Positions 39,664-50,468 of a stretch of 64,000 nt of DNA are shown here, in pieces. The DNA comes from an uncultured Lachnospiraceae bacterium (GTDB lineage Bacteria > Bacillota > Clostridia > Lachnospirales > Lachnospiraceae). Where the stretch lies: assembly GCA_949066965.1 (NCBI GenBank), contig CARTDA010000001.1, positions 33,042 through 97,041 of the forward strand. The letters are read 5' to 3'. The translations under genes and the position numbers were made by a program. The stretch's first letter is position 1, and each line of letters opens with the position of its first letter. The notes beneath the pieces were generated by a model, which was given only the letters and a program-made list of their open reading frames with translations, did no database searches and had not been told where the DNA came from.

Positions 39664-40529
39664 ATGAAAAATGAGAGAAAAAGGACATTTTTACTGATTA
39701 CGATTCCAATTTTGGCATTGTTTGTCTGCTTCAACACGATACCGCTGATTCGCGGTGTCATCTACAGCTTTACGAATTTTAAGGGCTTTGGTTCCTATGA
39801 CTGGGTAGGTTTGCACAACTATGCGGATTTGTTTACAGACGCGCGCGTCGGAAAATCGTACCTGTTTACATTTAAGCTTGCCATCGTGACGACGGTTGTG
39901 GTGAATGTAATCAGCCTGATTCTGGCGCTGGCGCTCAACGGCAGGATACGCGCAAAGAGCTTTTTCAGGGGCGCATACTTTCTGCCAAACATTCTCGGCG
40001 CACTGGTTGTAGGTTACATTTTCAATTACTTTTTTACCTATATCCTGCCGGCACTGGGCTCCATGATTGGCTCTGACGGCCTGAGCAAAAGTATTTTGTC
40101 GAATCCGGATTCAGCATGGATTGGCATTGTGGTTGTCTGTGCATGGCAGGCGATTGCGATGAACACGATTATCTACATCTCAGGCCTGCAGACCGTGCCG
40201 GAGGATGTGTATGAGGCAGGCGGGCTGGATGGCGCGACTGGCTGGAAACAGTTCCGTTATTTGACTTTCCCATTGATTATTCCGTTCTTTTCCATTAATA
40301 TGGTATTGTGTGTGAAGAACTTCCTGATGGTGTTTGACCAGATTATGGCATTGACCAAGGGCGGTCCTGCACAGAGTACTGAGTCAATTTCTTACCTGAT
40401 TTACAACAACGGTATGTCAGGCGGCAGTTTGGTTTCCAGAGTGCCAATGCAGTAATATTCTTTTTGGTAATCGTGACGGTTTCTGTTGCACAGATGAAAT
40501 TTACTGGTAAGAAGGAGGAGCAGTTATAA
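39664..40529 (+). pseudogene. msmF: Sugar ABC permease (MsmF-like) with a 1-nt frameshift near 40423
   Basis: EAA loop YEAGGLDGA; the shifted frame continues QFGFQSANAVIFFLVIVTVSVAQMKFTGKKEEQL to TAA 40527-40529, overlapping the next ATG. Confidence 0.8.
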
Positions 40530-41374
40530 TGAAGGAAGATATGATAAAAAAGAAAACAAACTGGACAGCGATGGTTGTGCTTATTTTAGGTCTTTCTGCA
40601 ATTGCGTTCCCACTGTACATGACAATTATTATCGCATTTAAGCAGCCTGCGGAGATGACAAACAGTGTCAGCGGTATTTTGTCCCTTCCCAGGACATGGA
40701 GTCTTGATAATTTCAAAGAGGCAATGCGCGTGACCGACTTCTGGAACTCGCTGAAAAACAGTGTGGTGATTACACTGCTGACGGTGGTGCTGTCCATAGC
40801 GATTCACTCCATAATGGGTTATGCACTCGGCAGAAACAAGAGCCACAGCAAGTTTTACGGCTTTGTCTATCTGTTTATCGTGAGTGGTATGTTTGTTCCG
40901 TTCGCAATCCTGATGATGCCGCTGGCAAAGCAGACGGCGGAGATGGGGCTGGCAAACTGGTTCGGTGTGATTATCCTGTATGTCGTGTTTTACATGCCGA
41001 TGAATATTCTGCTGTATTCCGGTTATCTTGTCAATATCCCGATGGCGCTCGAGGAAGCGGCGAAGGTGGACGGGGCATCTACCTGGAGGACATACTGGAA
41101 AATCATTTTCCCGATAATGCGCCCCATGCATGCGACCGTTGCGGTTCTGACAGCACTATCAGTTTGGAATGACGTGATGACACCGCTGGTTATCATGGCA
41201 GGTTCCGACCAGAACACGCTGCCGCTGGCACAGCTAAATTTCCAGACACAGTTCGGCACGAACTACAATCTGGCATTTGCTTCCTACCTGCTGTCACTGA
41301 TTCCGATACTGATTTTCTATGTTGTCTGCCAGAAGCAGATATTGAATGGTGTTGTAAACGGTGCGGTAAAATAA
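40529..41374 (+). CDS. msmG: Sugar ABC permease (MsmG-like)
   Basis: LEEAAKVDGAS, WND, TLPL, G.VK terminus. Confidence 0.9.
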   Translation: MKEDMIKKKTNWTAMVVLILGLSAIAFPLYMTIIIAFKQPAEMTNSVSGILSLPRTWSLDNFKEAMRVTDFWNSLKNSVVITLLTVVLSIAIHSIMGYALGRNKSHSKFYGFVYLFIVSGMFVPFAILMMPLAKQTAEMGLANWFGVIILYVVFYMPMNILLYSGYLVNIPMALEEAAKVDGASTWRTYWKIIFPIMRPMHATVAVLTALSVWNDVMTPLVIMAGSDQNTLPLAQLNFQTQFGTNYNLAFASYLLSLIPILIFYVVCQKQILNGVVNGAVK

Positions 41375-41416
41375 AATGGAATAATCTTTCTTTGGATGTA
41401 ATAGGAGAAAACGCGT

Positions 41417-43597
41417 ATGGCTATTGAATTTCAACAGGATGAGCAATTATTTACTTTAAATACTAGACACACGACCTATCAGATGAAGGTTGACCGGCTG
41501 GGTTTCCTGCTGCATCTGTATTATGGGGAGCGGATTTTGGGGAGTATGGATTATCTGCTGACCTATTATGACAGAGGCTTTTCAGGAAACCCGGCGGATG
41601 CCGGAAATGACCGGACATATTCGATGGATGTCCTGCCGCAGGAGTACCCGCATCTTGGGACAGGGGATTACCGGAATACGGCGCTTGTGATTCGCAATGC
41701 GGACGGTTCCGAGTACTGTGACCTGCGCTATGCCAGCCATAAGATTTATAAGGGGAAATATGCACTGAAAGGACTTCCTGCCGTGCATGCGGGGGACAAT
41801 GAGGCAGAAACGCTGGAAATCCTGCTGAAGGATTCCGTCAGCGGGCTTCAGGTGCGCCTGTTGTACGGGGTGCTTGCCGAGGATGACATCATCACGCGGA
41901 GCGCAGAAATCTGCAATCTTGGCGAGGATGCAGTCTGTGTCGAAAAGGCCTCGTCGGCATGTCTGGACTTCATGGGCGAGGAGTATGATTTCATCAGCTT
42001 CTGCGGGCGCCATGCGATGGAACGGAATTTCCAGCGTACAAGGATTGCGCACGGCTGCCAGTCAATTGGAAGCCGCAGGGGAACCTCCAGCCACCAGTAC
42101 AATCCGGCAGTAATCATTGCACAGAAGGATGCGACAGAGGATATGGGAAGCTGCTATGGCATGCTTTTTGTCTACAGCGGGAACTTTCTGTGCGAGGCAG
42201 AGCGCGACCAGTACGGACATACCCGCGTGCTGATGGGGCTGCATGGCGATTTATTCCACTATCCGCTGGAAAAGGGAGAGACACTGACAATACCAGAAAC
42301 GATACTTTGCTATTCCGCAGAGGGCTTTGCGGAACTGTCGAAACGATACCACCGCTGCATCAGGGAACATGTCTGCCGCGGAACGTACAGCCGGCAGTCC
42401 AGGCCTGTGTTGATTAATAGCTGGGAGGCAGCGTATTTTGATTTTGACGGGGAGACGATTTACAGGCTGGCAGAGCAGGCGGCAGCGCTTGGCATTGACA
42501 TGGTGGTGATGGATGACGGCTGGTTTGGTAAGCGCGATGACGACAATAGCGGGCTGGGGGACTGGCAGGTCAACGAAAAGAAGCTGGGGTGCTCGCTGGG
42601 AGAACTGGTTCGGCGTATTAATGACATTGGTGTCATGTTTGGCATCTGGATAGAGCCTGAGATGGTATCGGAGGACAGCGATGTTTACCGCAGCCATCCA
42701 GACTGGGCAATCCAGGTTCCGTCAAGAAAGCCTGTCCGCGCGCGCAACCAGTTAGTGCTTGACTTTTCCAGAAAGGATGTGCGGGACTATATTTTTGACC
42801 AGATCTGCGCGGTGCTTGACCAGGGAAATATTGCGTATGTAAAGTGGGACATGAACCGCAGCCTTACGGATATCTATTCGATGGAGCATGCGCAGGGAAA
42901 GGTGACATATGACTATGTGTGCGGTGTGTATGAATTTCTTGAAAGGCTGATGGAGCGTTATCCCAATATGCTGATTGAAGGCTGCAGCGGCGGCGGCGGC
43001 AGATTTGACGCGGGCATGCTGTATTACACACCACAAATCTGGTGCAGCGACAACACGGATGCCGTTGACCGCCTGCGCATCCAGTATGGGACATCGTTTT
43101 TTTATCCGGCCAGTGTGGTCGGCTCCCATGTGTCGGCGGTGCCAAACCACCAGACAGGCCGAACCACCAGCCTGCACACGCGGGGGGTGGTAGCCATGGC
43201 GGGAGCGTTTGGATATGAATTGAATCCGGAACTGCTTTCCAGTGAGGAGAGGGATGAAATTCAGCAGCAAATTGCCTGCTATAAGAAGTATGAGGAACTG
43301 GTTCGCAGAGGCGATTATTACCGTCTGTCCAATCCGTTTACGGATGCGTGCGTCGCGTGGGCGTTTGTGTCGGAGGACAGGGAGCAGGTGCTGCTTAGTG
43401 CCGTTATGCAGGAAATACATGGGAACATGACCGTGAACTACATTCGCCTGAAAGGGATTGACCCCAATGCAGTCTACAGGGACGCGGAGACGGGGGCGTG
43501 CTATTACGGCTCGGCGCTGATGGCGGCAGGTATTCCGATGCCGGTTGAACTGGGAGCATATCGGGCGTATCAGATATACATGGAAATAGTCGGGTAG
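41417..43597 (+). CDS. aga: Alpha-galactosidase, GH36
   Basis: NSWEAAYF, DDGWFG.R, FGIWIEPEM, YVKWDMNR, CSGGGGRFD, WCSDNTD. Confidence 0.95.
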   Translation: MAIEFQQDEQLFTLNTRHTTYQMKVDRLGFLLHLYYGERILGSMDYLLTYYDRGFSGNPADAGNDRTYSMDVLPQEYPHLGTGDYRNTALVIRNADGSEYCDLRYASHKIYKGKYALKGLPAVHAGDNEAETLEILLKDSVSGLQVRLLYGVLAEDDIITRSAEICNLGEDAVCVEKASSACLDFMGEEYDFISFCGRHAMERNFQRTRIAHGCQSIGSRRGTSSHQYNPAVIIAQKDATEDMGSCYGMLFVYSGNFLCEAERDQYGHTRVLMGLHGDLFHYPLEKGETLTIPETILCYSAEGFAELSKRYHRCIREHVCRGTYSRQSRPVLINSWEAAYFDFDGETIYRLAEQAAALGIDMVVMDDGWFGKRDDDNSGLGDWQVNEKKLGCSLGELVRRINDIGVMFGIWIEPEMVSEDSDVYRSHPDWAIQVPSRKPVRARNQLVLDFSRKDVRDYIFDQICAVLDQGNIAYVKWDMNRSLTDIYSMEHAQGKVTYDYVCGVYEFLERLMERYPNMLIEGCSGGGGRFDAGMLYYTPQIWCSDNTDAVDRLRIQYGTSFFYPASVVGSHVSAVPNHQTGRTTSLHTRGVVAMAGAFGYELNPELLSSEERDEIQQQIACYKKYEELVRRGDYYRLSNPFTDACVAWAFVSEDREQVLLSAVMQEIHGNMTVNYIRLKGIDPNAVYRDAETGACYYGSALMAAGIPMPVELGAYRAYQIYMEIVG

Positions 43598-43622
43598 GGG
43601 GAAGCCCCTGCCCGGCTTTTTT
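43588..43622 (+). terminator. Intrinsic terminator after aga
   Basis: AGTCGGGTAGGGG..CCCCTGCCCGGCT followed by a T-run. Confidence 0.75.
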
Positions 43623-43731
43623 GACATGGGTGTAAAGGTTTTGGACTTGACCAGAGTGCCAGAAACATATATCATAATAAGGGAGATGGTTTTTGAAATT
43701 ATCTTATCATTCAAACAGGGGGAATCATGAG

Positions 43732-45708
43732 ATGAAAAGCATTCGAACCAAAATTACACTATGCCTCATTCTGACTGTTCTGGCTGCGCAGGCTGTATCA
43801 GGGATTGCCAGTATCATTCCGAATTACAACAGCACAATGTCTACCGTGGAACAGATGATGTGCGAGACCGCGGTACTGGCAGCAGACCGTGTGGAGCAGG
43901 AATTGCTGGCATACAAAAACGCTGTCATGGACGCAGGATGTGTTGCGCAATTATCTGACCCGTCGGTGCCGCTTGATGAGAAGCAGACAATTATCGACGA
44001 GCGTGTTTCCATGCATGACTTTCAGCGGGGAAACGTTATCGGGAAGGATGGCATCAGCATCTTTGACGGGAAGGATTATTCTGACCGTGAATACGTACAG
44101 CAGGCCATGCAGGGCAATATATTTGTATCAGAACCGCTGGTCAGCAAGATTACCGGGGAGCTGTCCATCATGGTTGCGGCGCCTCTTTATACGGACGGGG
44201 TCTATGGTTCGTCGATTGCGGGTGTTGTCTATTTCGTTCCGCATGAGACATTTTTAAATGACATTGTATCAGCCATTCAGGTTGGCGAAAACAGCAGGGC
44301 GTATATGATTAACAAATCCGGTGACACGATTGCCGACATCACTCTCGATACAATCACCGTCCAGAATATAGAGGCAGAGGCAAAGAGCAATCCGGCGCTT
44401 GGGGAGCTTGCGGCAATCCATGCAAATATGCGTCAGGGCGGAAACGGATTCGGGAGTTACATAGACGGGGATGACAAAATGTTTGCAGCCTATGCGCCTG
44501 TAAACGACACGGACGGATGGAGTATTGCAGTCACTGCGCCGCAGTTGAATTATCTGGCGTCCACGCGTGATGCCATGGTGATTAGCATTGCGGTGAGTAT
44601 CCTGGCTGTAGTGTCGTCCATTATTGTTGCGCTGGTGGTGGCTGTCCACATCAGCAGGCCGATGAAAATCTGCGCAGATCGGATGAAGCTGCTTGTGAAG
44701 GGAGACTTGGAGACACCGATGCCGTGTATTAAGACCAGGGATGAGACAGGAATGCTTGCCAGCTCGACGGCTTCCTTGGTCGAGGGGCTGCGCACAGTCA
44801 TTCAGGATATCGGCTATATGCTGACAGAGATGGCAAACCAGAATCTCGATGTCCATACCAGACATGAGGAGGTGTATGTCGGAAGCTTCCGGAATATCCT
44901 TGTTTCCATGCGCCATATGAAGGATGAACTGAGCGACGCCATGCAGCAGGTGAATTACTCTGCACAGCAGGTGGCTGCCGCCAGCAGTCAGCTGTCTTCC
45001 AGCGCCCAGACGCTCAGCCATGGGACGACAGAGCAGGCAAGCTCTGTGCAGGAGCTTGCGGCACGCCTCAGCGAGATCAACGAACAGGCAAAAAACACGG
45101 CAAATGGGGCAATGGATGTCCGTGACAAGACCCACCAGACCGGAAAAGAAGTCGCTTTGTGCAATGAGAAGATGCAGGATTTGGTGGAGGCAATGAATAA
45201 GATCCAGGACAGCTCTGACCAGATTGAAAAAATCCTGAAAACGATAGATGACATTGCATTCCAGACAAATATACTGGCCTTGAATGCGTCCGTGGAAGCG
45301 GCGCGGGCAGGAAGCGCCGGAAAAGGATTTGCCGTTGTGGCGGAGGAGGTGCGCAGCCTGGCAGGCAAATCTGCGGAGGCTGCCCAAAATACTTCGATAC
45401 TTATAGGCAACTCTACGGATGCAGTCCATACGGGCACGAGGATTGCCAACAATACAGCGGGGGTTTTGCAGGAGGTTGTGCGCAGCATTCAGTCCATGGT
45501 GGATTCGATTGACGGAATTGCATCGGTTTCCAATGAACAGTCCAATGCAGTCGGGCAGGTCTCTGAGGGCATCAACCAGATTGCAGACGTTGTGCAGAGC
45601 AACAGCGCAACCGCAGAGGAAAGCGCGGCAGCAAGTGAACAGCTGTCTGCCGAGGCATCCAGCCTAAGGCAGCTGGTAAATCAGTTTACGCTTGCTTCAG
45701 GCAGATAG
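43732..45708 (+). CDS. Methyl-accepting chemotaxis protein (dCache-HAMP-MA)
   Basis: SDREY..AM.G..VSEP Cache motif; [17 protein letters not shown]. Confidence 0.93.
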   Translation: MKSIRTKITLCLILTVLAAQAVSGIASIIPNYNSTMSTVEQMMCETAVLAADRVEQELLAYKNAVMDAGCVAQLSDPSVPLDEKQTIIDERVSMHDFQRGNVIGKDGISIFDGKDYSDREYVQQAMQGNIFVSEPLVSKITGELSIMVAAPLYTDGVYGSSIAGVVYFVPHETFLNDIVSAIQVGENSRAYMINKSGDTIADITLDTITVQNIEAEAKSNPALGELAAIHANMRQGGNGFGSYIDGDDKMFAAYAPVNDTDGWSIAVTAPQLNYLASTRDAMVISIAVSILAVVSSIIVALVVAVHISRPMKICADRMKLLVKGDLETPMPCIKTRDETGMLASSTASLVEGLRTVIQDIGYMLTEMANQNLDVHTRHEEVYVGSFRNILVSMRHMKDELSDAMQQVNYSAQQVAAASSQLSSSAQTLSHGTTEQASSVQELAARLSEINEQAKNTANGAMDVRDKTHQTGKEVALCNEKMQDLVEAMNKIQDSSDQIEKILKTIDDIAFQTNILALNASVEAARAGSAGKGFAVVAEEVRSLAGKSAEAAQNTSILIGNSTDAVHTGTRIANNTAGVLQEVVRSIQSMVDSIDGIASVSNEQSNAVGQVSEGINQIADVVQSNSATAEESAAASEQLSAEASSLRQLVNQFTLASGR

Positions 45709-45837
45709 GCGTAGTAGAAAGGTAATGTGCTTCAGTCCGCTGGTCTATGCATTCATAGATGGTGTGGAAAAGGTTTCATGGAATCCTGCGCGGGAAAACG
45801 AAGCGGCTTCAGGAGCCGGCTGAAAGGAAGGATGTAT

Positions 45838-46794
45838 ATGAGAAAGCTGTTGGTTACAGGCGGAACGGTATTTGTGAGCAGGTTTATTGCAGAGTATTTT
45901 GTCCAAAAGGGTGATGCGGTGTATGTGCTCAATAGGAACCGGCATCCCCAGCCGGAACGGACGAAACTGATTGAAGCGGACAGGCATCATCTGGGAACTA
46001 TCCTGAGACAGCAGTCATTTGACGCGGTGCTGGATGTCACGGCATATACAAGGGAGGATGTCAGTGACCTGCTTGACGGGATGGGGAATTTACAGGAACG
46101 GTTCAGGGATTATGTGCTGATTAGTTCTGGTGCAGTCTATCCTGAGACGCTTCCCCGGCCCTTTCTCGAAACACAGCAGACAGGGGAAAATAAATGCTGG
46201 GGTTCATATGGCATCAACAAGATGGCAGCGGAGCAGGAGCTTCAAAAAAGGGTACCTGATGCGTATATCCTGCGTCCTCCCTACCTTTATGGACCAATGA
46301 ATAATGTCTACAGGGAGGCATTTGTTTTTGAGTGCGCAGACAGCCGCCGGAAATTTTACCTTCCAGGAAACGGCGGCATGAAATTACAGTTTTTCCATGT
46401 GCGCGATTTGTGCAGATGCATCGAAGCCATATTGGATAAGCGTCCGTCAGTCCATCTTTTCAATGTCGGAAATAAGGAGTGCGTATCTGTCCGTGAATGG
46501 GTGGAACAGTGCTATCGCGCGGCAGGATGCACAGCCGAGTTTGAAGAAGTGCATCAGGACATCAGCCAGCGGGAGTACTTTTGTTTCCATGACTATGAAT
46601 ACCAGCTCGATGTGACGAGACAGGAAGCGCTGATACAGGATACGATTCCGTTCGAAGAGGGGCTTCGGGAGTCCTATGGATGGTATGGCGCGCACAAAAA
46701 GGAAGTAAACCGGAAAGAGTATCTTGCATACATTGACAGATGGCTGAGTGTAACAGTTCAGCCCGGGACTTTGCACTTGCTGCAAAGTCCGTGA
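45838..46794 (+). CDS. NAD-dependent epimerase/dehydratase family protein
   Basis: LVTGGT.FV, ISSGAVY, YGINK, LRPPYLYGP; the last 14 codons come from the repeat element. Confidence 0.87.
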   Translation: MRKLLVTGGTVFVSRFIAEYFVQKGDAVYVLNRNRHPQPERTKLIEADRHHLGTILRQQSFDAVLDVTAYTREDVSDLLDGMGNLQERFRDYVLISSGAVYPETLPRPFLETQQTGENKCWGSYGINKMAAEQELQKRVPDAYILRPPYLYGPMNNVYREAFVFECADSRRKFYLPGNGGMKLQFFHVRDLCRCIEAILDKRPSVHLFNVGNKECVSVREWVEQCYRAAGCTAEFEEVHQDISQREYFCFHDYEYQLDVTRQEALIQDTIPFEEGLRESYGWYGAHKKEVNRKEYLAYIDRWLSVTVQPGTLHLLQSP

Positions 46795-46886
46795 AACAGC
46801 GTAGTGGCTGAGGTGCATCAAGCCACCACGACGTGGTTTTACATGGCTTGATGCTCGTAACAGGAAGCCGAAGGCTGAACCGTTAC
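46750..46886. mobile_element. 137-bp MITE/REP-like element, inverted relative of 30994-31127
   Basis: Ends GTAACAGTTCAGCC / GGCTGAACCGTTAC (13/14); inner GCATCAAGCCA..TGGCTTGATGC hairpin. Confidence 0.72.
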
Positions 46887-47016
46887 GGTTGAGTTCCACC
46901 TAAATGCCTAGTTGTTTTACAGTGCGGGTTTTATGGGATATGATATTTCTATGACATGGGTTCAATATTGGTACTGTCAAAACAAATAAAAGAAAAATAA
47001 TTAGGAGGGACTTGAC

Positions 47017-47754
47017 ATGCAGCGACAAATAGGGGAAACCATCAGCCGGTTCCGGCAAAACCAAAATATGACACAGGAGGAGTTTGCTTCGCGTCTGGGA
47101 GTGACGCCACAGGCGGTATCGAAATGGGAGCGGGGGACGAGCATCCCCGACACCGCGCTGCTCCCCGACATCTGCAAACTGCTGAACGTCCATGCGGACG
47201 TGCTGCTTGGCATCGAGGGGATGGCGCTGAGCGAGAGTGAAAGTACAGTGGAAGAGCGTGAAATCAGGCAAAACCTGATAGCGGAGCCGCTCCGCATAGA
47301 GATAGGCATCGGCTTGATTCCCTGTTTTGTGGAGGGGCTGGAGACAGACTATGTGCACCAGTGCCGTAAGAAGCTTGCCGCACGGACAGGGATGCTCCTG
47401 CCGGTTTTGCGCATTCTGGATAATGTGGAATATGGGGAGCACGAAGTCCGCATCTGTTCTTGTGATAAGGTTCTGCTGCAAAAGGAATATTCCGAAGTCA
47501 GTATACAGACGTATCACGCCATCATTGACGAGGCAGTCAGGCTGTGCAGGGAGAATTATGGCAGCATCCTGAACAAACAGCTGGTAAAAAGTATGCTGGA
47601 CAATCTGCAGGAGCAGTACCCCGGTGTGCTGGACGGGCTGGTGCCGGACAAGGCCGGGTATTATGAGGTTCTGCTGCATCTTAGAAAAACCATCGCGGAG
47701 CGGGGAACTATCCGCGACTTGATTCATATTTTGGAGGAACTGGAAGAAATATGA
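47017..47754 (+). CDS. XRE HTH regulator fused to an FlhA/FHIPEP cytoplasmic-like domain
   Basis: TQEEFA..LGVTPQAVSKWERG.S.PD; then EPLRIEIGIGLIP, RKKLA..TG..LP.LRILDN, LDNL...YP..L..LVP, IRDL..ILE.L. Confidence 0.78.
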   Translation: MQRQIGETISRFRQNQNMTQEEFASRLGVTPQAVSKWERGTSIPDTALLPDICKLLNVHADVLLGIEGMALSESESTVEEREIRQNLIAEPLRIEIGIGLIPCFVEGLETDYVHQCRKKLAARTGMLLPVLRILDNVEYGEHEVRICSCDKVLLQKEYSEVSIQTYHAIIDEAVRLCRENYGSILNKQLVKSMLDNLQEQYPGVLDGLVPDKAGYYEVLLHLRKTIAERGTIRDLIHILEELEEI

Positions 47755-47773
47755 TTGGAAAAATTATCGTTTC

Positions 47774-48637
47774 TTAATAGGTATAGGATTTTCGGTATTT
47801 CAGCGGCGTCATTCCTGTCTGCTGCCTGAACTGCTCACTAAAATTTCCGGTATGGAGATAGCCTGTTTCGAGGGCAATCTCCGTAACGGATTTTTTTGTG
47901 TTGAGCAGCAAATCCTGTGCGTGGCGTATCCGTATTTTTGTAAGGTATTCGGAATATGATTTCCCGATCTGTGCATGGAACAGTCTGGAAAAGTGCGAGG
48001 CAGAGTAGCCGGAAAGGAGGGCGACTGTCTCAAGCGAAGGATTTTCCTGGTAATGCTGCTCCATGTAGTAGATGGCGTCAATAATGGGCGGCGTAAGAGG
48101 AGTCTTATGAAAAAACTGACCGGTGTCCGGTTCGGTATCACTTGCAGAGCTGACAGGAAGCCTGTTGTCCAGAATGGCAAGCAGCAGGTCGCAGAGCATA
48201 CACTGAAGCCGGAAACTGGCATAGGGAGAGTCTGACTGGAAAATGTCGTACATTTCCTCGAAATACAATAAAATCCGGCTGCGCATGGCGTCGGTAAAAT
48301 GGTTCCGCAGCTGCGAATAGATTTCATCCAATATATGGTTCCCGAAAGCGTCTGTGAGTGGTCTGACAAAATCCGGGGTGAACTTGATAAGGTAGGTGTG
48401 GTAGGGGGCGTTGGAGAGCGGAATCGTCCTGTGGTAGAGAAAGGGCGGCATTGTTCCGACACTGCCCGCATTCAGCGTGTAGGAGCATTTGGGCGTGATA
48501 GTCATCCTGTCTCCGGAAATCATATATCCAACCTCATAGTAATCACTGGAAGCCTCAAGCGTGGGCATGGTGTAATCGGAATCCAGTTCCCTTTTTGTCA
48601 TGTAAAAGCTGGTGTTGGCAGGCAGTGGAAATGGCAT
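47774..48637 (-). CDS. AraC family transcriptional regulator
   Basis: Cupin-like N-terminus; SHFSRLF, EIALETGY..FS..F...G.TP. Confidence 0.9.
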   Translation of the reverse strand: MPFPLPANTSFYMTKRELDSDYTMPTLEASSDYYEVGYMISGDRMTITPKCSYTLNAGSVGTMPPFLYHRTIPLSNAPYHTYLIKFTPDFVRPLTDAFGNHILDEIYSQLRNHFTDAMRSRILLYFEEMYDIFQSDSPYASFRLQCMLCDLLLAILDNRLPVSSASDTEPDTGQFFHKTPLTPPIIDAIYYMEQHYQENPSLETVALLSGYSASHFSRLFHAQIGKSYSEYLTKIRIRHAQDLLLNTKKSVTEIALETGYLHTGNFSEQFRQQTGMTPLKYRKSYTY

Positions 48638-48785
48638 GGTGAAACCTCCTTAAAAATATAGATGTTTACGTATTTATCTATAGAATAGCATGAAAATATA
48701 AAAATGAAAAGCATTTACACAATTATCCGAAAGAAAATTATGATATCTTGATATATAATGGAATAAACAAGGGAGGTGTTATTAT

Positions 48786-50468
48786 TTGAAAAAAAATGTT
48801 TTCCTGAAAAATATGCTTCATTACTGGTATATGCCGCTTTGCGGGATTTTACTTACCAGCGTGCTAAATTTCGCAGTGGTAAGGGGCAATGAAGTGATTA
48901 GTGAAGTGATTGACCAGCTGCTTGCGGGGCAGGAGATTGTGTTTGGCAGTTTTCTTGGCGAGTTTGCAGCGCTGACAGCTATTGGCTTTGCGGCGGCATT
49001 TGTCGCGGCAGCTGTCAGTGGGAAATACGGTGTCCTGGTGTCTGCGCGCTACCGGCAGCAGGTAATACAAAAGCTGTACCGGATGGAATACCAATACTTT
49101 GACGAGCACAATTCCGCATCGGTCATCAACAAGGTAAACGCGGACTTAAATGAGGCAGAGCGGTTCCTGGGCGAGACGCTGGTGATGCTGGCAGCGGATG
49201 CCGTCGCCGTTGTCATTTATGCGAATTATGTAAGAAGGCTCAATGCCGGTCTCTTTTTGATGGCGCTTGTGTGCTATCCGCTTGTCCTCTGGATTGCAAA
49301 CAGGCTGGTAAGGAAAATTCACAGCCTGACGATGACATACCGCGAGAAATCCGATGCCATTACCAGTATTGCACAGGATGCACTCAATGGTATTCTGGTG
49401 GTACGCAGCTTTGGACTTGAGGATTATTTTCAGGACAAAATGCATACGGCGACACTTGCCCTGGTGGATAATGAGGAAAAACGCGCCAGGGTGTCCAATA
49501 CGGCAGTGCTCATCCGGAAGTTAATTCAGTGGATTCCAAATATTTTATGCGCGATTTATGCGGTAGTGCTTGTCATGCATGGAAAACTGAGCGTCGGTGA
49601 GCTGCTTGCCTTTATCCTCGTGCTCAGTAAACTGGTGGAATCGTTTATGGGACTTCCGTTTCAGATGGTGGATGCCGCAGGGAGCATTGTCAGCATACAG
49701 CGTGTGGAGGAGATTTTGCGGACACGGGAGGAAGGTGGTATAAGCCGAGGACAGAGTGTCAGCCAGCCGGAAGAGGAAATTGTGCTTGCGTTTGACAATC
49801 TGACTTTTGGCTACAGTGAGGCACAGACTGTCCTTGAGCATGCACAGTTTGAGGTGCACAGGGGAGAAAATGTGGCGTTTGTGGGCGAGTCAGGCGGTGG
49901 GAAAAGCACGATTTTTCATCTTCTGTGTGGATTTTACAGGGCACAGAAAGGGACATACCGGTTATATGGCAGGGATTTTGCAGAATGGGATATCGACAAG
50001 GCGCGGGAACAGTTTGCACTGGTGTCGCAGAATGTCTTCCTGTTTCCGGCATCAATAGAGGAGAATATCCGGTACGGGCGCTGGGATGCATCCGGAGAAG
50101 AAGTTGTCGCGGCGTGTAAGGAGGCAGAAATCCATGATTTTATCGAAAGCCTTCCGATGAAATACCAGACAATAGTAGGCGAGCGCGGCGCGATGCTTTC
50201 CGGCGGACAGCGGCAGCGGATTGCCATCGCGCGTGCAATCTTAAAAAATGCGCCAATCCTGCTTCTGGACGAACCAACGTCTGCCATTGACGAAGGGACG
50301 GAGAAGGAGATTCAGCGGGCGATTGCCAGGGTGCGGCAGGGGCGTACATGCCTCACCATTGCCCACCGTCTGTCGACGATACAGGATGCAGACTGGATTT
50401 TCGAGGTAAAGAATAAGAAAATAGAGGAGGTAGGCACTTATGAACAGTACATGGAAACTATTCTGTAG
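48786..50468 (+). CDS. ABC transporter, fused TMD-NBD
   Basis: GESGGGKS, LSGGQRQR, LLLDEPT, IAHRL; TTG start after GGGAGG. Confidence 0.92.
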   Translation: MKKNVFLKNMLHYWYMPLCGILLTSVLNFAVVRGNEVISEVIDQLLAGQEIVFGSFLGEFAALTAIGFAAAFVAAAVSGKYGVLVSARYRQQVIQKLYRMEYQYFDEHNSASVINKVNADLNEAERFLGETLVMLAADAVAVVIYANYVRRLNAGLFLMALVCYPLVLWIANRLVRKIHSLTMTYREKSDAITSIAQDALNGILVVRSFGLEDYFQDKMHTATLALVDNEEKRARVSNTAVLIRKLIQWIPNILCAIYAVVLVMHGKLSVGELLAFILVLSKLVESFMGLPFQMVDAAGSIVSIQRVEEILRTREEGGISRGQSVSQPEEEIVLAFDNLTFGYSEAQTVLEHAQFEVHRGENVAFVGESGGGKSTIFHLLCGFYRAQKGTYRLYGRDFAEWDIDKAREQFALVSQNVFLFPASIEENIRYGRWDASGEEVVAACKEAEIHDFIESLPMKYQTIVGERGAMLSGGQRQRIAIARAILKNAPILLLDEPTSAIDEGTEKEIQRAIARVRQGRTCLTIAHRLSTIQDADWIFEVKNKKIEEVGTYEQYMETIL

